DNA of 64,000 bases from Yuukianura sp. NJ FZ-2021 (Eukaryota), in NCBI GenBank assembly GCA_046563655.1, contig CM102285.1:2232001-2296000 (forward strand), written 5' to 3'. A program made the translations under genes and the position numbers. Shown one piece after another: positions 38,488 through 51,840 of the stretch; the first letter of the stretch is position 1; each line of letters begins with the position of its first letter. A model generated the notes under the pieces. The model did no database searches and was not told the DNA's origin. It saw nothing but the letters and a program-made list of their open reading frames with translations.

Positions 38488-41400
38488 TTACTTCGGTAGT
38501 TTAACCCTTTTTCCGCTGAACCATTCAATTTTCCACAAAGCGTTGTTACCGATGTCAACATCATCATTGCGAAGGTTTGTATTTCCGTCTGCTTTAACTG
38601 CATTACCACTAGCCACATGGATGATAATGAAGGCCGTTTTATATTCCACAAAACGAAAATACTCGTAGCCAAGTGCATTTTTATTCGAAGCTTTCAAGTT
38701 CACGGGAGTTGGATTTGCAGTAACAACGAGAGAAGTTGCTTCATTCCTGATAGCGTAGTACTGGAACGGGTTGTCGCCCACAATTTTTTCAAATTTAAAA
38801 GTTGTTGCCTGTCCTACAGTTTCGTTGGCCATCAGTTCCTTAGTGGTACTTAGAACGGTCACATATTTGTTCGACCCCACGTTAACAAGTTTCCCAGAAG
38901 CTGGAACGTCTGGTTCAGGCGCCTGTGGTGCGTCATCTGTTGGTATTAATTTATACTTTGAAAGTTGGCCATTGTTGACAAGCTGTCCACTAGGTTGGGT
39001 TTGAACAGTAGTTTTTATATGCATTGCCATAAGTGCATATGTTCCATCTTTGTTATCAATCCAACGAAACGTTTCTTGTGTACTAGCAATATCCTTGTTC
39101 GCATTTAAGCTAGATTTACTTGAGCCTGCATTGACGTATTGGCCATTTTGAAGGGATTTGATATATCCGCCACCAGGCTTAAAATTCAGTTCAAATTTTG
39201 AACCCAGTTCTACAATTTTAAATTTTGCCAGCAAAACAGATAGACCGGTGACGTATCTTCCAGTAGCGACATCTTGAATGTAAAAGAAGCCCACCGGTGA
39301 ATTCGTCATATCTCCCGTACAGATTTGTTCAGCACTCGGTTGTGTCGAAGTGAAATACAGCTGATTTGTCGCTGTGTGGCCACCACCCCAATCAGCAACC
39401 AAAAGAGAATACTTATACGCCTCTCGTGGATTCACGCTTGCGTAAGCGGCGTATATAACTGAATTTTTTTTTAGAAAGTTTAGCTCCTTTGGATATACGA
39501 CAGTAAAAGTTTTACACTTACCACAATAGAAGTCATCTCCATCGGGCAACGCTTTTATATATGGTAGAACGTAAGGCAAAACTCCCTCCATCCATTCTTT
39601 ATCATATAAATTTTCGCCCATTGGAGACACTGGAAGGGTGACAATTGAAATCACTTGAACTTTGTTTTGAGGACTTCCAAAAAGAGGAAATGATCCTGCT
39701 TTTCCAGCGTATATGTTTGCAAATGTCGTCAAATCTCGAACATCTTGTTCAGGGTATGGTGTCAAATTCCCTTTTCTTTTCGGATACAAGTGCCAGTATT
39801 CTTGTGCTCCTGCAATTTCCATTGCAAGAAGCATACGGGCCCAATCCGTGAACTCAGGGTTGTTACTAATGATTCCATACAATTGTAGTGCGTAGTATCC
39901 ATTGATTGCTTCACTAACACTTTCCTGGTTCCTGGGACCCCCACTTTGAGCAATTCCACTTGCCCAAGAGTGGCCATGGAAGAAATCCATGTGACGGGCC
40001 GACGGGTAGTAAGGATCCGCCGGCGATGGATTTCCGATGTCTCGAGCAATGCTAAAAAAGCAAGTAAAGTGTAAGTGCAAAAAGCACAAAAAAAAAGTAC
40101 AAAAAAGTGTAATTTAAATTAAATTTTATTTATTATTATTAATTTAAATTAAATTAAAAAGAATTGTGCAAACAAATGTAAGATTATTAGCTTACTTAGT
40201 TGCCAAATCGTTGTGTGTCTTATACCACTCCGGATCGAATTTAGCAATCACCGAAATGCCATAAAGCAAGTAGCCAAAGATAAGATGATGGTCATTGTAA
40301 TGCATCTAGAATAAAAATAATTAACAACGCAATATTCTGGGAGAAAAAAATCCTTACGTTGTTGCAGCCATATGGACTAACAAATCCGCCCCAGCCCGTT
40401 TCATATGCAACTCGTATCCTATACGTATCAACATAGAAGTATTCCACACTTTGCTTTATCACATCCAGTACTTTGGCGACAAGGTCCATTCGATCCAACT
40501 TTTCAGCAATTAGTGCCAATTGAGCTCTTGCGGCAAAATTTCCTCCCCAATGATACAATTCGCCTGGTGGGTTCACGTAAAGATGGTTGACTTCATACTC
40601 CAGTAGCTTTATGAGCTCCAGAAGGCATGATGCCTGTGGTTTGAAGGCGGGATACCAAGTAGTTGTTGTAAGACGGTGTTTTTGAACCCAAACGTTTCCA
40701 ACTACTCCACGCATTTCACCTTTTATTGTCGAGTAGACAATGTCTTTATAGGTCGGTTTCTGCAAGACTCTCCTGAAATCCCATCAAAAAAATTTCTTCA
40801 TGTATACTGATTTGCAGTAGTCTAAAATTATTTTACATACCGATGATGTGGCCAACTCAATACAAGCAAATTCTTTGGCTCCCCTACCACATCCCATGTC
40901 CATATCTGTGTGCTCTCGTTTCCTGTCACGCTGTATCTCATGGTCAAACCAGTGGGATATGTTTGCGCATGCGCATCCAAGACAGATTTGTCTTTTGATT
41001 GGAGAACTCTTGCTATTCGAATCGTGGCGGTAGTTGGCTGTGTTGATGTTATATTATCTTTGCTTATGACGAAATCATTAACTGTGCCCTCAACTACGTA
41101 CAGTCTATGCTCCACGTTTGTGTTTCCACTAATCAATGTTCCAAGCTTTCCTAGAAAACAGAAAATAAGCAAAATATAATTTTCTTCGAATCTTCAGAGG
41201 TGGCAGCCAGCAACATTTTTTCCGGTTTGCACTGCTGCCGCCCATGTCCGCCCGCCTGCAGCTTTGGCTATTTTGCACGGATGCAGCCTGCACAGGTTTA
41301 CTGTTAGGCTACCACCTCTGCTTCGATTGCAAAAGAATTTCCCTCTTAGATTACCTTTCTGCAGCCAAGTAAAGTTTTGCACCACTGCATTGTATCCATT

Positions 41401-42659
41401 ATTGATGGCTTTTATAACAACCTTGGCTTTGTTAAACTTAAAAGTCATGTAAGGAGATCCATGTGTGAGGGTTGTATCCATCGTAGCTCCATCTGGACCC
41501 ATGTATCTTAAACTTACAGTTTGGGTGTCCCATGTCAAAGCTTTGCGGTTGGTCACTTTGACTTCAAGACCATCAATGGTCACACGAAGGTCTAACTGCT
41601 CTGCAACTACTAGGGAAGTTTTACTTTCAAACTTCCGGTTAGTTCCAATCCCAAACTCAAATCCAGTGTCTCTGGTCCTCGATTGATATGGAAAAGGACC
41701 AGCAAGAGTACTAAATACAATATAATTTATTATTACGTATCTCTATGAAATATTTTTTTATTCAATTTATAATTTATTTTTACTTTTCTTGATTCTTCAA
41801 TGTCAATCCTTGCCACCCTAAAAATTATACTTTTTAAAATAGATTTTTATATTTTTATGCTACTTTTAATCTTCTGGAGACGCATGTCTACGACCAGGGT
41901 TCGTAAAATACCGTATTTTTCGGAAAAAATACAATACATACGTATTTTATGTATCTGATTTTAATGTAAACAATCATTATTTTAATCAGCGATCAGTGTG
42001 AAACAGGCTAAAGAAACCATCTTTTTTCCTTGGTGACGTGATAATTTTTGGTTTCAAAACAATCAGGCTTATTTCCCTTCTAGTCTTAAGAAAAATTAAA
42101 ATTCTTTGATTTTGATGCAAAGGTTTTTTTTAACATTTTCGTTAAAAACGTTTTGAAACGGTTCTTTACCATCTTGGCGCAATTCGTGCACAAGAAGCCC
42201 CCGTTCCGCACTGAACATTATGAGCGACATTTCGTTGCATGTGTTTTAATCGTTTAAACGGCTTTGCGAGTGCGACTGATACAAGTTATATTAATTGTCA
42301 ACTACCTCCAGAAGACCTATGCTCAACCCTTGAGCATCGCGCTACCTTGTTTAATCCTGGCTTACATCTGTTTGTAGGATAAGGTGGTTTGAAGTCTGCA
42401 AAGAATGTGCCAGGTAAGGAATCACCTATAATTCCATTACCCCCAGGTAGATTTGGTTTACTAGTTGGAAGCAACGCATGGCCTGGACCTTTATCTGAAA
42501 TGAGTCAAACACGTTCTGGATTTCTAGATTATCACAAATATGTAAAAAAAATGAATTTATCGCATCACGATTACCTCCACCTTGAGCGTATACATATGCG
42601 TTGAAAAATAAAAGGAAATAAGGACCCAACAGAAAAATCAGAACTAATACTGATTTCAT
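38488..42659 (-). CDS. GH81 endo-1,3-beta-glucanase with signal peptide and C-terminal fascin-like beta-trefoil domains, 9 exons
   Basis: Exons 42659-42575, 42494-42366, 41817-41784, 41710-41355, 41150-40841, 40772-40358, 40305-40196, 40051-39522, 39458-38488. Motifs YPTNRWW, GSPYMT, TIKGEM, WGG, YNDHH, DFFHGHSWASG and NQESVSEAINGY. Confidence 0.92.
41863..42346 (+). mobile_element. HINE-like element in GH81 intron 2
   Basis: 5' tcttctggaga-gcatgtc and 3' ctccagaagacctatgctcaacccttgagcatcgc match the ends of 35260-35797. Confidence 0.7.
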
Positions 42660-43521
42660 TTCAGTTGCCTTAACCTAAGCTAACAGGGATTATTTCAATT
42701 TAATATTTAAAATTTAATGCCTGCAGGGTTTTAAATTTTTTAGGAAAACATTAGTTTGGAAAAACTAGTTTGGAATTTTTCGTAGTACTGATTATTTTTA
42801 GGAAATGTTCTGTATACTTATAATACCATAATCCTTATTTAGGAATTAATTGAATCCTTAAACTGGGTTTTTAGGTTTCAGACGACGTGTGTTTCGTGGC
42901 GGTTTGACGATGTGAATTATTTCAAATAATTTTCTCCTTCAAACAAAGCACGTAATTTAACTTTGCTGTCCTCAATAAATTTCCAACCTTGTATTTCACC
43001 TTGTCTTACTTAAAGACACAAATGCTTGGAATAAGGTTGTAGACTTTGTGATTTTAACTGATTGACGAAAGGAGAGGTGCTGGAAATAATAAGGTTGATT
43101 CGATTAAATTGGACATTCGTTCTGACGGATGATTTCTTACGCAGTCCTGGTGAAAATAAAAATGGAAAGGTTTTATACAAATGAAGAGTGACCACATGAC
43201 CTACGACCAGTTGAACGGAGATGTCTAATTGAGTCACTTGTTATCTATGCCATACTTTGTTGAAACTTAAAATTAAATTATGTACAAAAACGAAGTGCAT
43301 AGCAAAGCATTGACCACAGTTAAATTATTGGCTCAAACATAACCTTTGAATTGAAATTTATTAATTTCAAAATATAGTGTATCTTTTAATATTACTTATT
43401 TAAATTTAAACTAAAAGTTAAAAATAGCTTTAAAACTTTAAGGTTACTATTAGTTTTTAACATTGCTGTTCTAAAAAAAGGCTAAGTTCAAAACTTTAAC
43501 ACGTTATCCATTTTTTTATAG

Positions 43522-44102
43522 GACCTTCCAACACAAGAGCTTGATTCGCTTATTTGTGCCTTGGGTGCCCAAATATTTTTCAAGAGTGTCTGGTTTTCAC
43601 AAAGTTCGTGACAAATGTCGCTAAGCAGTACAAGTTAATTCAGAGTTTTGTTGATGCGCATGTACCAACTCTCTAGATAGGCCAACCAGGTGACCTAGTA
43701 GATGTCTTTCTTGAGCAAAATCAAAATTGTACCATTCCTGAATCAGCATTTTATGGATCCGTAGGAAGTAATGCTCAATTTAAAGTGAAATTAACTTAAA
43801 CTAACAATCTAATCCTAACTTTTTTTTTTAGCTGCTGCAGTTGTTGCAACTGCAAGTTATGCTGGCAGTGTTTCGTGATCTGTTCACTACTGGAACTGAC
43901 TGACACAACAAGCACCGCCTTGGCATTTTGTTTCATGTACTTGTCAGCATTTCCAGAAGTGCAAGAGAAAATGTTTTTAGAAATTGACAAGGTCATCGGT
44001 AGGTCACGCCTGCCCTCACTTAATGACAGAATTCAATTGCTTTACACTGAAGCAGTGATGTTAGAGACCTTTCGACTTTCTTCCTTTGTTCCCCTGGGGG
44101 TA
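43522..44102 (+). pseudogene. Cytochrome P450 (CYP2 clan-like) internal fragment
   Basis: I-helix DLFTTGT-DTTSTAL with a 4-bp actg duplication frameshift, PEVQEK, RLPSLNDR, K-helix ETFR and PLGV. Stops in the upstream exon (..DLVDVFL..). No heme motif is visible. Confidence 0.88.
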
Positions 44103-44670
44103 CTAAACTTTGAACACTTGAAATCGCATAGGAATTAAATAAAAGAGGGAAATAGGTTAAGAATTGTGATATAAATGGTGGTGAAATTTAACCAGTTTGT
44201 TTTTTGAAAATTTTGGCAAAAAATAGAAATGCCCGAGTTACTGGTCAACCTGGTGTGGAAACTACGTTTTCTATTGCTTATGAACCTTTAAATATATGCT
44301 GTATTTTAGCTAAAGCAGATATCAACGTTAGTCGAAAAAGGCATGGCGGTCATTTCCAACCAATGCAACTGTGCTACTAAACTTAAAGAAAATGCAGAAG
44401 TCAACTCATCGTTGTCTATTATGTTCTTAAATGTACAATAATATGCACGTTTATTTGCTTAAGACCATTACACGTAAATATAAAAAGTAGATTTTATGTT
44501 ATAAAAACGTTACAGCACATGCATGTGCTACAATGCTATTAACCAAACCGATACTACCAATGGGCAGTATCCGTTAGGTTAATACGTTCAGTAGCTTGAA
44601 TTCCGATATACTCGAGGCACACAGCCTCTGGGGAAAAAAAATTCTATACAATTTTTTGAACGTTTAAATA

Positions 44671-46781
44671 TTAAAAATCAAATACGCAGGAGGACTTCGG
44701 CGTGGAAATAGTCACAATGTTGTGGTCCTTCACCAATACTTTGCGGTATTGCCTCACCTGAAATAGCAAAGTCTTCTTAAAACTACATAATCCAATTTCC
44801 TTTTCGCATTACCAACAATACGTTAACATTGTAAATCAAAAAAAATTCCTGAGCAAACGCTGAAATGGGGCAACTGCTCATTCTGAATGTCGTTCAAAAT
44901 AAATATAATGACATTGCATGTCATAATACCCAATGAATTATACACTTAACTGTCAGGCGCTTACCTCGTCAAACTTGTGAAAACTGAAAACAAGTCTTTG
45001 AAGGCGTCCTAATTGACCAGTTCTACTTGCATAAATAACTCCCTTCCAGCACTCAATATTTTCCCCAGAAAACGTCAGTTCTCTCAATACTAAAAAACAA
45101 TAAACAAAAGCTGTTAACTTACAATTAGTTATTTTTTGTTGCATTTTCATAAATCAGAGATCAGTGAATTCGAAGTATATTTTAATAAAAACGAATTGGT
45201 AAAGACTACTATTCAAGCATTTGAAGAGTTAGTGACTCTTACGTGGCAAATTGCGAAAAGAATCAGTGGTCTCGTGAATCTGTAGCGGGAAATTGCAAAT
45301 CACTTCATTCGAAATATAGTTCGCTCCGCCTGTTAAATAGTTCCAGTGCAAACGCCTTTGATAACGCCTATTTGACCTAGATTTATATTGTGAATCAATC
45401 CTCAACTTCAGTTTTCTTAATTTTGAAAATTGAAAAATTCCCTGTAAAGTGTCAGAATCAATTTCCAAGTTTTCAACATTTGGTAGGATGAGTGGCCACT
45501 TTTCACGCTCTTGTTTTGTATTGAAACTGATACTTGCAGATTTCACATTTGGAAAAATATATCCGGAAAAGCTGAGTTTTTGGGTCATTTTGGAATTTCT
45601 GTAACTGAGGCTGGTGAGAACTGGAAATTCCATTGTGTCAGTCTCTACTGCAGGCGTGTGCAGAAAATAAACCTTCAAAAACTGCAAATTGGTTAGAGAA
45701 TTGAACGGTATCGGTATCTCAATTGGATATGGATAGCCTCCGTACCCGTAACTCATGCCATCAGGGCTAAGGTCACGGGTGACGCCCAAAGTCAATTTGC
45801 GTACAAATGTTAGTTTTTCAATCCAATTTGAAAAAATGTCCAGTGTTTCTGCTGAATTTGCGCCACGTGGAATTAAAAGCAAATTCAATTCAACAATTTT
45901 AAATTGGCTTGAAATTGTAATCAAATTGTTTAACTCATTGTCTGCCGATAGCAGATTGTTCAACGGCACGCCAAGTGTCAGATTCAACTTTTGCAAGTAA
46001 ACAGTTGGATTGGTTATGTTCAGTTGATTTAAGAGGTTTGTTACAGCAGTTGGCGGTTGTTGACATTCGCATTTCCGATATTCAATTGACACGTTACGGA
46101 GGTTTGGTGATTTTCGAAGAACTTGGTCCAACAGAGGAAAAGATTCGAACTTTTCTGTATACTTGGAAAATGTTATATTGATAGTTTTTAAATTAGTAAG
46201 CACTGGAATTATTGGAAATTGTCCACTTTCTTTATATAAAATGTAGTAACTCATTTCTTCCACATTTGCACAATTTTCCAGTAGTAGATTGACGTTTCCA
46301 AAAAACAAAGTCTTCTCGAGCTCGGATGCCGAGGAACCAAGGTCATACAAAATTTCCCACAGTTTTACAAATTTTCCAAACTTGATGCAAAACTTGTCGA
46401 ATGACTTAAAATACCGCAGCACATTTTCGTCAAACCCAAATTTATGGAATGGGAAAACTGATTTGCTTTTTTCGAATGTTTCAACAAATTTTGCAATATC
46501 ATAGTCTTTCTTGAAGTTCACTTTAAACAATTTTTGAACAAATGACGTCGCAAGGTGATCGAATCGCTTACTCACGAGACGCAAAGATGGAATGTCACTC
46601 TTCTTCAGATAGCTGATGATATGAAACAGTACCTGGAAGGCAAGTTTAATTACTCATAAACATATCAGTTAGTAAACAACGTGTACTTAATAAATAATAC
46701 GTGTCAAGTTCATAAATTAAAAAAACATAAATACTAGTACAACTATGAAGCTGAGTTTACCTCGTTTGAACAACTATCCAT
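44671..46781 (-). CDS. F-box/LRR-like gene D (duplicate of B), 4 exons
   Basis: Exons 46781-46761, 46632-45243, 45089-44965, 44757-44671. Confidence 0.85.
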
Positions 46782-47228
46782 GACTACCACGAAGGTTTTG
46801 TAACTTGCTAAATAACGTGACTGGTTATGGTGAAAACTGAAAATTATAATATGTCACGTTTTTCTTTTCAAAATTGAGTACTTTTTTGTAAGCTTTGTTT
46901 GAAAAGGTGAATTTGGCTGTTTAGGACAACAGGAAAACACGAATGAAAGCAGTAGCACGTAAGTTTAGCATAGCCAGTTGCTGAGACTTGTTGGGTGGTG
47001 TGGCGAATCCTAAGAGACAGCAGAAGCGACTGACTTTTGACATTGAACGGGCATTTTAGTTTAAAATTTTGTTACTCTGACGAAATAAAATATTCTACTA
47101 CATGGTTGAGGCGTATGATATTAAAATATATTAAACTACAGAAATAAGTGTAAATACATCGTAAGAATCAAAATATCAAATTTGTAAGAGAGTTATATAG
47201 GTAATGTTATCAGAGTTGTCAGAATCTT

Positions 47229-49287
47229 CTACGCTATTGTACAACAGTGGTTTGAAGTAGACCTATGTTGTATTGGATGTGGATTCCGCTGGTTTATGCC
47301 ATTCACACGGTCACGGTATGGATTCCACTGGTTTATGCCATTCATACTGTTACGGTGTGGATTCGACTGGTTTATGCCATTCACACTGTCATGGTATTGC
47401 AGTAACACTTCCTGGTATTGATTTTTCTGAAAAAAAGTATAAATATATTACCTGTAACTTTGTACAATTTAATTTGTTTCATTTTTGATTTATGTTCGCA
47501 AGTGAAATGTAACAGTGTAAAAAAGGTAATTTCACTAACTCAAACAGTGATCTATTAGCATATAGATTATGTCACTCACCAAATCAAGTTGGTCAAAATT
47601 GAAATCCAGTCTTCGAAGACGGCGTAGTGTCCCAGTTCTACTTGCATAAATTACACCTTCCCAGCATTCCCAGCTCGCCAACGAAAATGACAACTCCGAC
47701 AAAACTATAAAATTGAAAGAAAACAATTAAATTTAAATCTGAAAATACTTAAACGACAACTTAAAATATCAGTACAAAATATTGAAATGATTACGTGGTA
47801 AGTTCCGGAAAGAATTCATAGGACATAAAGTTTTGTGAACTATAACCGGGGAATTGCAAATTTCGTAGCTCGGAATGTATTTTGCTCCGCCAGTTAGATA
47901 CTTCCAATGTAACCGATGAACAGCACCGTTTGTATTACTGGCACCAATGGTAATATCAAGTTTCCGTAATTTTGAAAATCCAAAAATACCCTCCAGTGAT
48001 TCAGATGTAATTTTTAAGTCTTCAACATTTGGTAGCATGAATGGCCACTTCTTAATTTCTTCGTCAGTTGTTAAGTTAATTTGTGCACATTTTACATTTG
48101 GGAAGATACATCCGAAAAAGCTTGAGTTGTTGGTTGTTGCGCAATTTTGACAACTGAGTTTAACAAGCACGGGAAAATACGCCTGTTTACATTTGACCCC
48201 TTGAATTCGGAATCCAAAAACTTCCAAAGTTTGCAACTTTGCTAGGGAATGCAGTGGCAGCGAAATTGGATAACCTACAGGCTCATCACGAAGCGAACGG
48301 ATCCCGTCGTCGCGCTTGACCATAACAGCAAGCTTGCGCACAAATGTCAATTTTTCTAACCATGTGTCCAAAATGTGAAGTGTTTGGTATACCGATCCTG
48401 CGCCGATGTCGGTATCTCGAGCGTACATCTCAAACTTTAACTCAAAAATTTTAAGTTGTTTTGAAATTGTGGCAAACTTTTTGACATCATCGATCGCACG
48501 AGGAGGAACCCTAGTGCTCACACTTAACTTTACATGTACTTCTGGTTTTATCTTTAGCACTTGGTCTAACAAAGCTGTTACCAATAGTAAGTCCACTTGC
48601 GAACCATCGACTGAAATAGCACGTAGATTTGGCGCTAATTTTAAAAACTGAACCAGTAGTGGAAAGCAGTCGTCTGGATAAGAAGACCTTGTCATGCATG
48701 TATATATAAACGTAATGTTAATTCTACGTAGGTTATTGAGAACTGGCATTGTTACATGTTCACCCATCTCAACTTCAGAGATGTAGTGACTGAATTCCTC
48801 TACATTTTGGCAGTTTTCCAACAACGTTTGGACGTTTCTGTAAAAGATAGGTAGTCTTATTCCTGAAAAATTAAACTCCAGAATATCCCACGTTTTAACA
48901 AATTTTCCAAATTCAGAACAAAACGTATTCAGTGACTGCCGCAACATTGTTTCGTAGAGGAGGTCACCTTTGAAACCAAACTTGTGAAAAATAAGACCCG
49001 TTTGACTTTGTTTAAACACTGTAACGTAATTGACGACATCACGGACTTCTTGAAAGTCTACTCTAAAATACGTTTGAACAAATGGTGTTGCCAGTTGATT
49101 GAAACGGTGACTCACGAGACGTAATTTTGGAATGTCGTTTTTGTCCAAAAAACTTATGATTATCTCCAGTACCTAAGAAACATTAGTTGATAAGAAAATC
49201 AAAGAAAAACGATTTATTTAATTTTAAGAAAGTTTCTGAAACATATTTTTCCGAGTTTAAACTTACTTCATAGGGAACAGATTCCAT
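47229..49287 (-). CDS. F-box/LRR-like gene E (duplicate of C), 4 exons
   Basis: Exons 49287-49267, 49172-47795, 47704-47580, 47426-47229. Confidence 0.85.
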
Positions 49288-49964
49288 GGTTGTCGTAAAA
49301 ATAGCACCAAACTGCTGGTAATCCAAAGGATGACTGAATCATTCAGTGAATGATTCAGTCATCCTCATCATCAGAGTGAATGACATTCACTCTGTTTTAC
49401 AAATATTATTATCTTCGTTTTTAATCAATCGCAAAATTATCTGTTAAACTTTAATTATTATTGTTTTGCAGTGCATTTTTAGTAGCTATTAGCAAATATC
49501 GTCACGTAAACTTGTGGACGCTGAACCTATAAGGACTCGCAGAATCGTTCTTCCGCTATCGTACGACGTCGGGGTCGCATTATAGTTGCCCCGTTCCGTC
49601 GATGACTCAGTTTCCATGGGTATCCAACAAGTACACTGTCGTTGAACGCCATCAATACTTCCGGGTATCGCTCCATCTGAAATAGCAGTTATCTTCGTTA
49701 TATCTAACTTCGTTTACTTCATACCGCAAAATTATTACGACCGGAACTTACATACAACCCATAGGCCCAAAAAGTATGTATATTTTTTATCTTGCGTATA
49801 CAAGAAATTTTATAATAAAGTATTCCGGTCCATCTACATTCTACAGAGTTTTTGTGACGTAGAGATGCTAGACTCACTGCCTCCGTAGGAAGGAATAGAA
49901 ACACCAATCTTTTTTTGCATGTTATGTATGAGGGGAGAAAACCCGCAATATTCCTCGACAGAAT

Positions 49965-50225
49965 TACATCTGGATTTCCTGATGTGTCAAATTCGACACA
50001 TCTGAAATAACAAAAACGCAACAGAAATCCAGATATGTGAAATTAAACACGTCTCAAATCACAAAAAGACAACAGGAATCCTGATGTGTCAAATTTGAGA
50101 TGTGTGAAAATAAAAATAGAACACAAATCCTAACATGTCAATTTGAGATGTATCTCGCCTTTTCAGATGTGTGAAATTGAGGCGTCTCAATTCCTCATGT
50201 CTCATGTGTCAATTTGAGATGTGTT
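49965..50225. repeat. Cluster of gatgtgtcaaatttgag-like repeats in both orientations (decayed MITE or satellite)
   Basis: Repeated gatgtgtcaaatt, aatttgagatgt and cgtctcaa motifs. Confidence 0.5.
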
Positions 50226-50332
50226 TTTGTTGCATGTGGTTGAGCTAAGCCACAGTGGAATACGTTGTATACACCCAGTTCGTTTACCCTCACCACTAGT
50301 AAAAAATCGCCCCGAATTATGTATATATATAC

Positions 50333-50462
50333 GGTATATACTTAAAATATATATGGTATATATTTAAAATACATATGGTATATATTTAAAATACATATGG
50401 TATATATTTAAAATACATATGGTATATATTTAAAATATATATGGTATATATTTAAAATATAT
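50333..50462. repeat. 22-bp AT-rich minisatellite, ~6 copies
   Basis: Unit ggtatatatttaaaatacatat. Confidence 0.92.
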
Positions 50463-50526
50463 CATATCATAAAAGGCTTGTCCTTTGTTTCCCCTTTATC
50501 CCTCTCCCTAGTCCTGACAGTTATCT

Positions 50527-51118
50527 CAGAGTCCGGATAAGTACGCTTAATGCTTATTACCACTTATTTTGCTTTTATAAGTTTTAAAAACTTATTTTGC
50601 TATTAAAACTTAAAAACTTCTTTTTGAACTTATTTTTCTATAAAATGTGATAAAATGTTAATTTATATGCAAATATTATGCAAAGCTGCCCAAATTTGTG
50701 ATTTGCACCCAGAATTGGTAGATGCTGGTACGTTTTTGCTCATTTGAGAGCTAGCAGCACGAAAACCTCCTAAAATATCTTGTTTGGCCCGGCAAGCTTT
50801 GGTTAATTTTCGATTGATATTCAATATATCAGTCATAGGTAGAAATTCATTGACCGAAAAAAAATCTATTTCAATCTACTTCTATCAAAATATGACTGTG
50901 GAAAAATTTAAAACGACTTTGGTTTTCCCGTTTCGAACTAGCAACTTCAATTTTTGAACAATTATTCATAATAAGCTCATTTTTGTCACTTCTCATGAAT
51001 TCTTTGTTTGAGTTTAGCACAGTTTTTAGCACTTATTTAACGACTTATTTGGCGTTTTTTAGAGATTATTTAAGCACTTAAAACGCCTTTTTTTTCTAAC
51101 GTACTTATCCGGCCTGTG
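50527..51118. mobile_element. hAT-like MITE
   Basis: 19-bp TIR cagagtccggataagtacg / cgtacttatccggcctgtg with 2 mismatches, flanked by gttatc on both sides, with acttattt subterminal repeats. Confidence 0.75.
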
Positions 51119-51840
51119 GTTATCATTCATTCTCTTCATTCAACAAGTAACACACATTTTATTTGCAAAATTCCCACTAGTTTGATTTTAAAAAATATAA
51201 ATGCGCCTTACGTTACGTCGGATTACTATACAAACAGACAGAAGTCGTTCAGTATATATCCTAATAGAATACAAAAAGTATTTTTCACCAAGTCCTCAGC
51301 ATGCCTCATAAAATATTAACTTTGTTTGTGAAGTTGGCTTCTAAGGAAACTGGTTGCCACTTCAGAACCCCAGTTGTGATCTAACTAACCGTTTGACTCC
51401 ATTGTTTATTTCGAAAGTATTTAATTATTACGCACGTTTTACTTGGTGACTTAGAAATGGGAGGAAAGAGAAAATTTTCTTGAAAATTGAATATTAAGTA
51501 ATTCTTATGAGTGAAATCGGAACTAAACTAAATTTTTATTAAAGAGAATCTAACAGCAAAAAGAAAATTAATTTTTTTGTAAGTTCTACTTGTAATTAAC
51601 CTAACCTTATCTTTAAATTAGTATAACCTTATTTATTTGTGTTTATATTGCTCAATTCCTTTAATAAATTTACAAAGCCGCCTACAGGGATCAAACAAAA
51701 GGAGGTTGTTACAATATTTATTAAAGGCTCAATTTAAGGTGAAAGTTTAAAACGCAACGCGAAGGTCAATGACATTTTGATGAACGATGTCTCAGTAGAC
51801 TGTTAGCGGCAGTGCTAGTATTGGCCAACATACCATAAAT

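Larger units (their letters stand above)
44564..49925 (+). repeat. Segmental direct duplication of ~27010-32607
   Basis: Collinear similarity across two F-box genes, their introns, the intergenic DNA and a chemoreceptor relic. Confidence 0.9.

Noticed and set aside
39459-39521. Continuous 533-aa ORF through this segment
   Set aside because: More likely a 63-nt stop-free intron (gtaagt...ttcag). The ORF's first residues are also intronic.
41195-41320. Small inverted-repeat element (cagaggtggcagcc) in GH81 intron 4
   Set aside because: A plausible MITE, but the TSD is imperfect and there is no second copy in the window.
38488-42659. Fungal or bacterial contamination as the source of GH81
   Set aside because: It has host-type introns, shares a HINE family with a neighbouring gene and is contiguous with animal genes.
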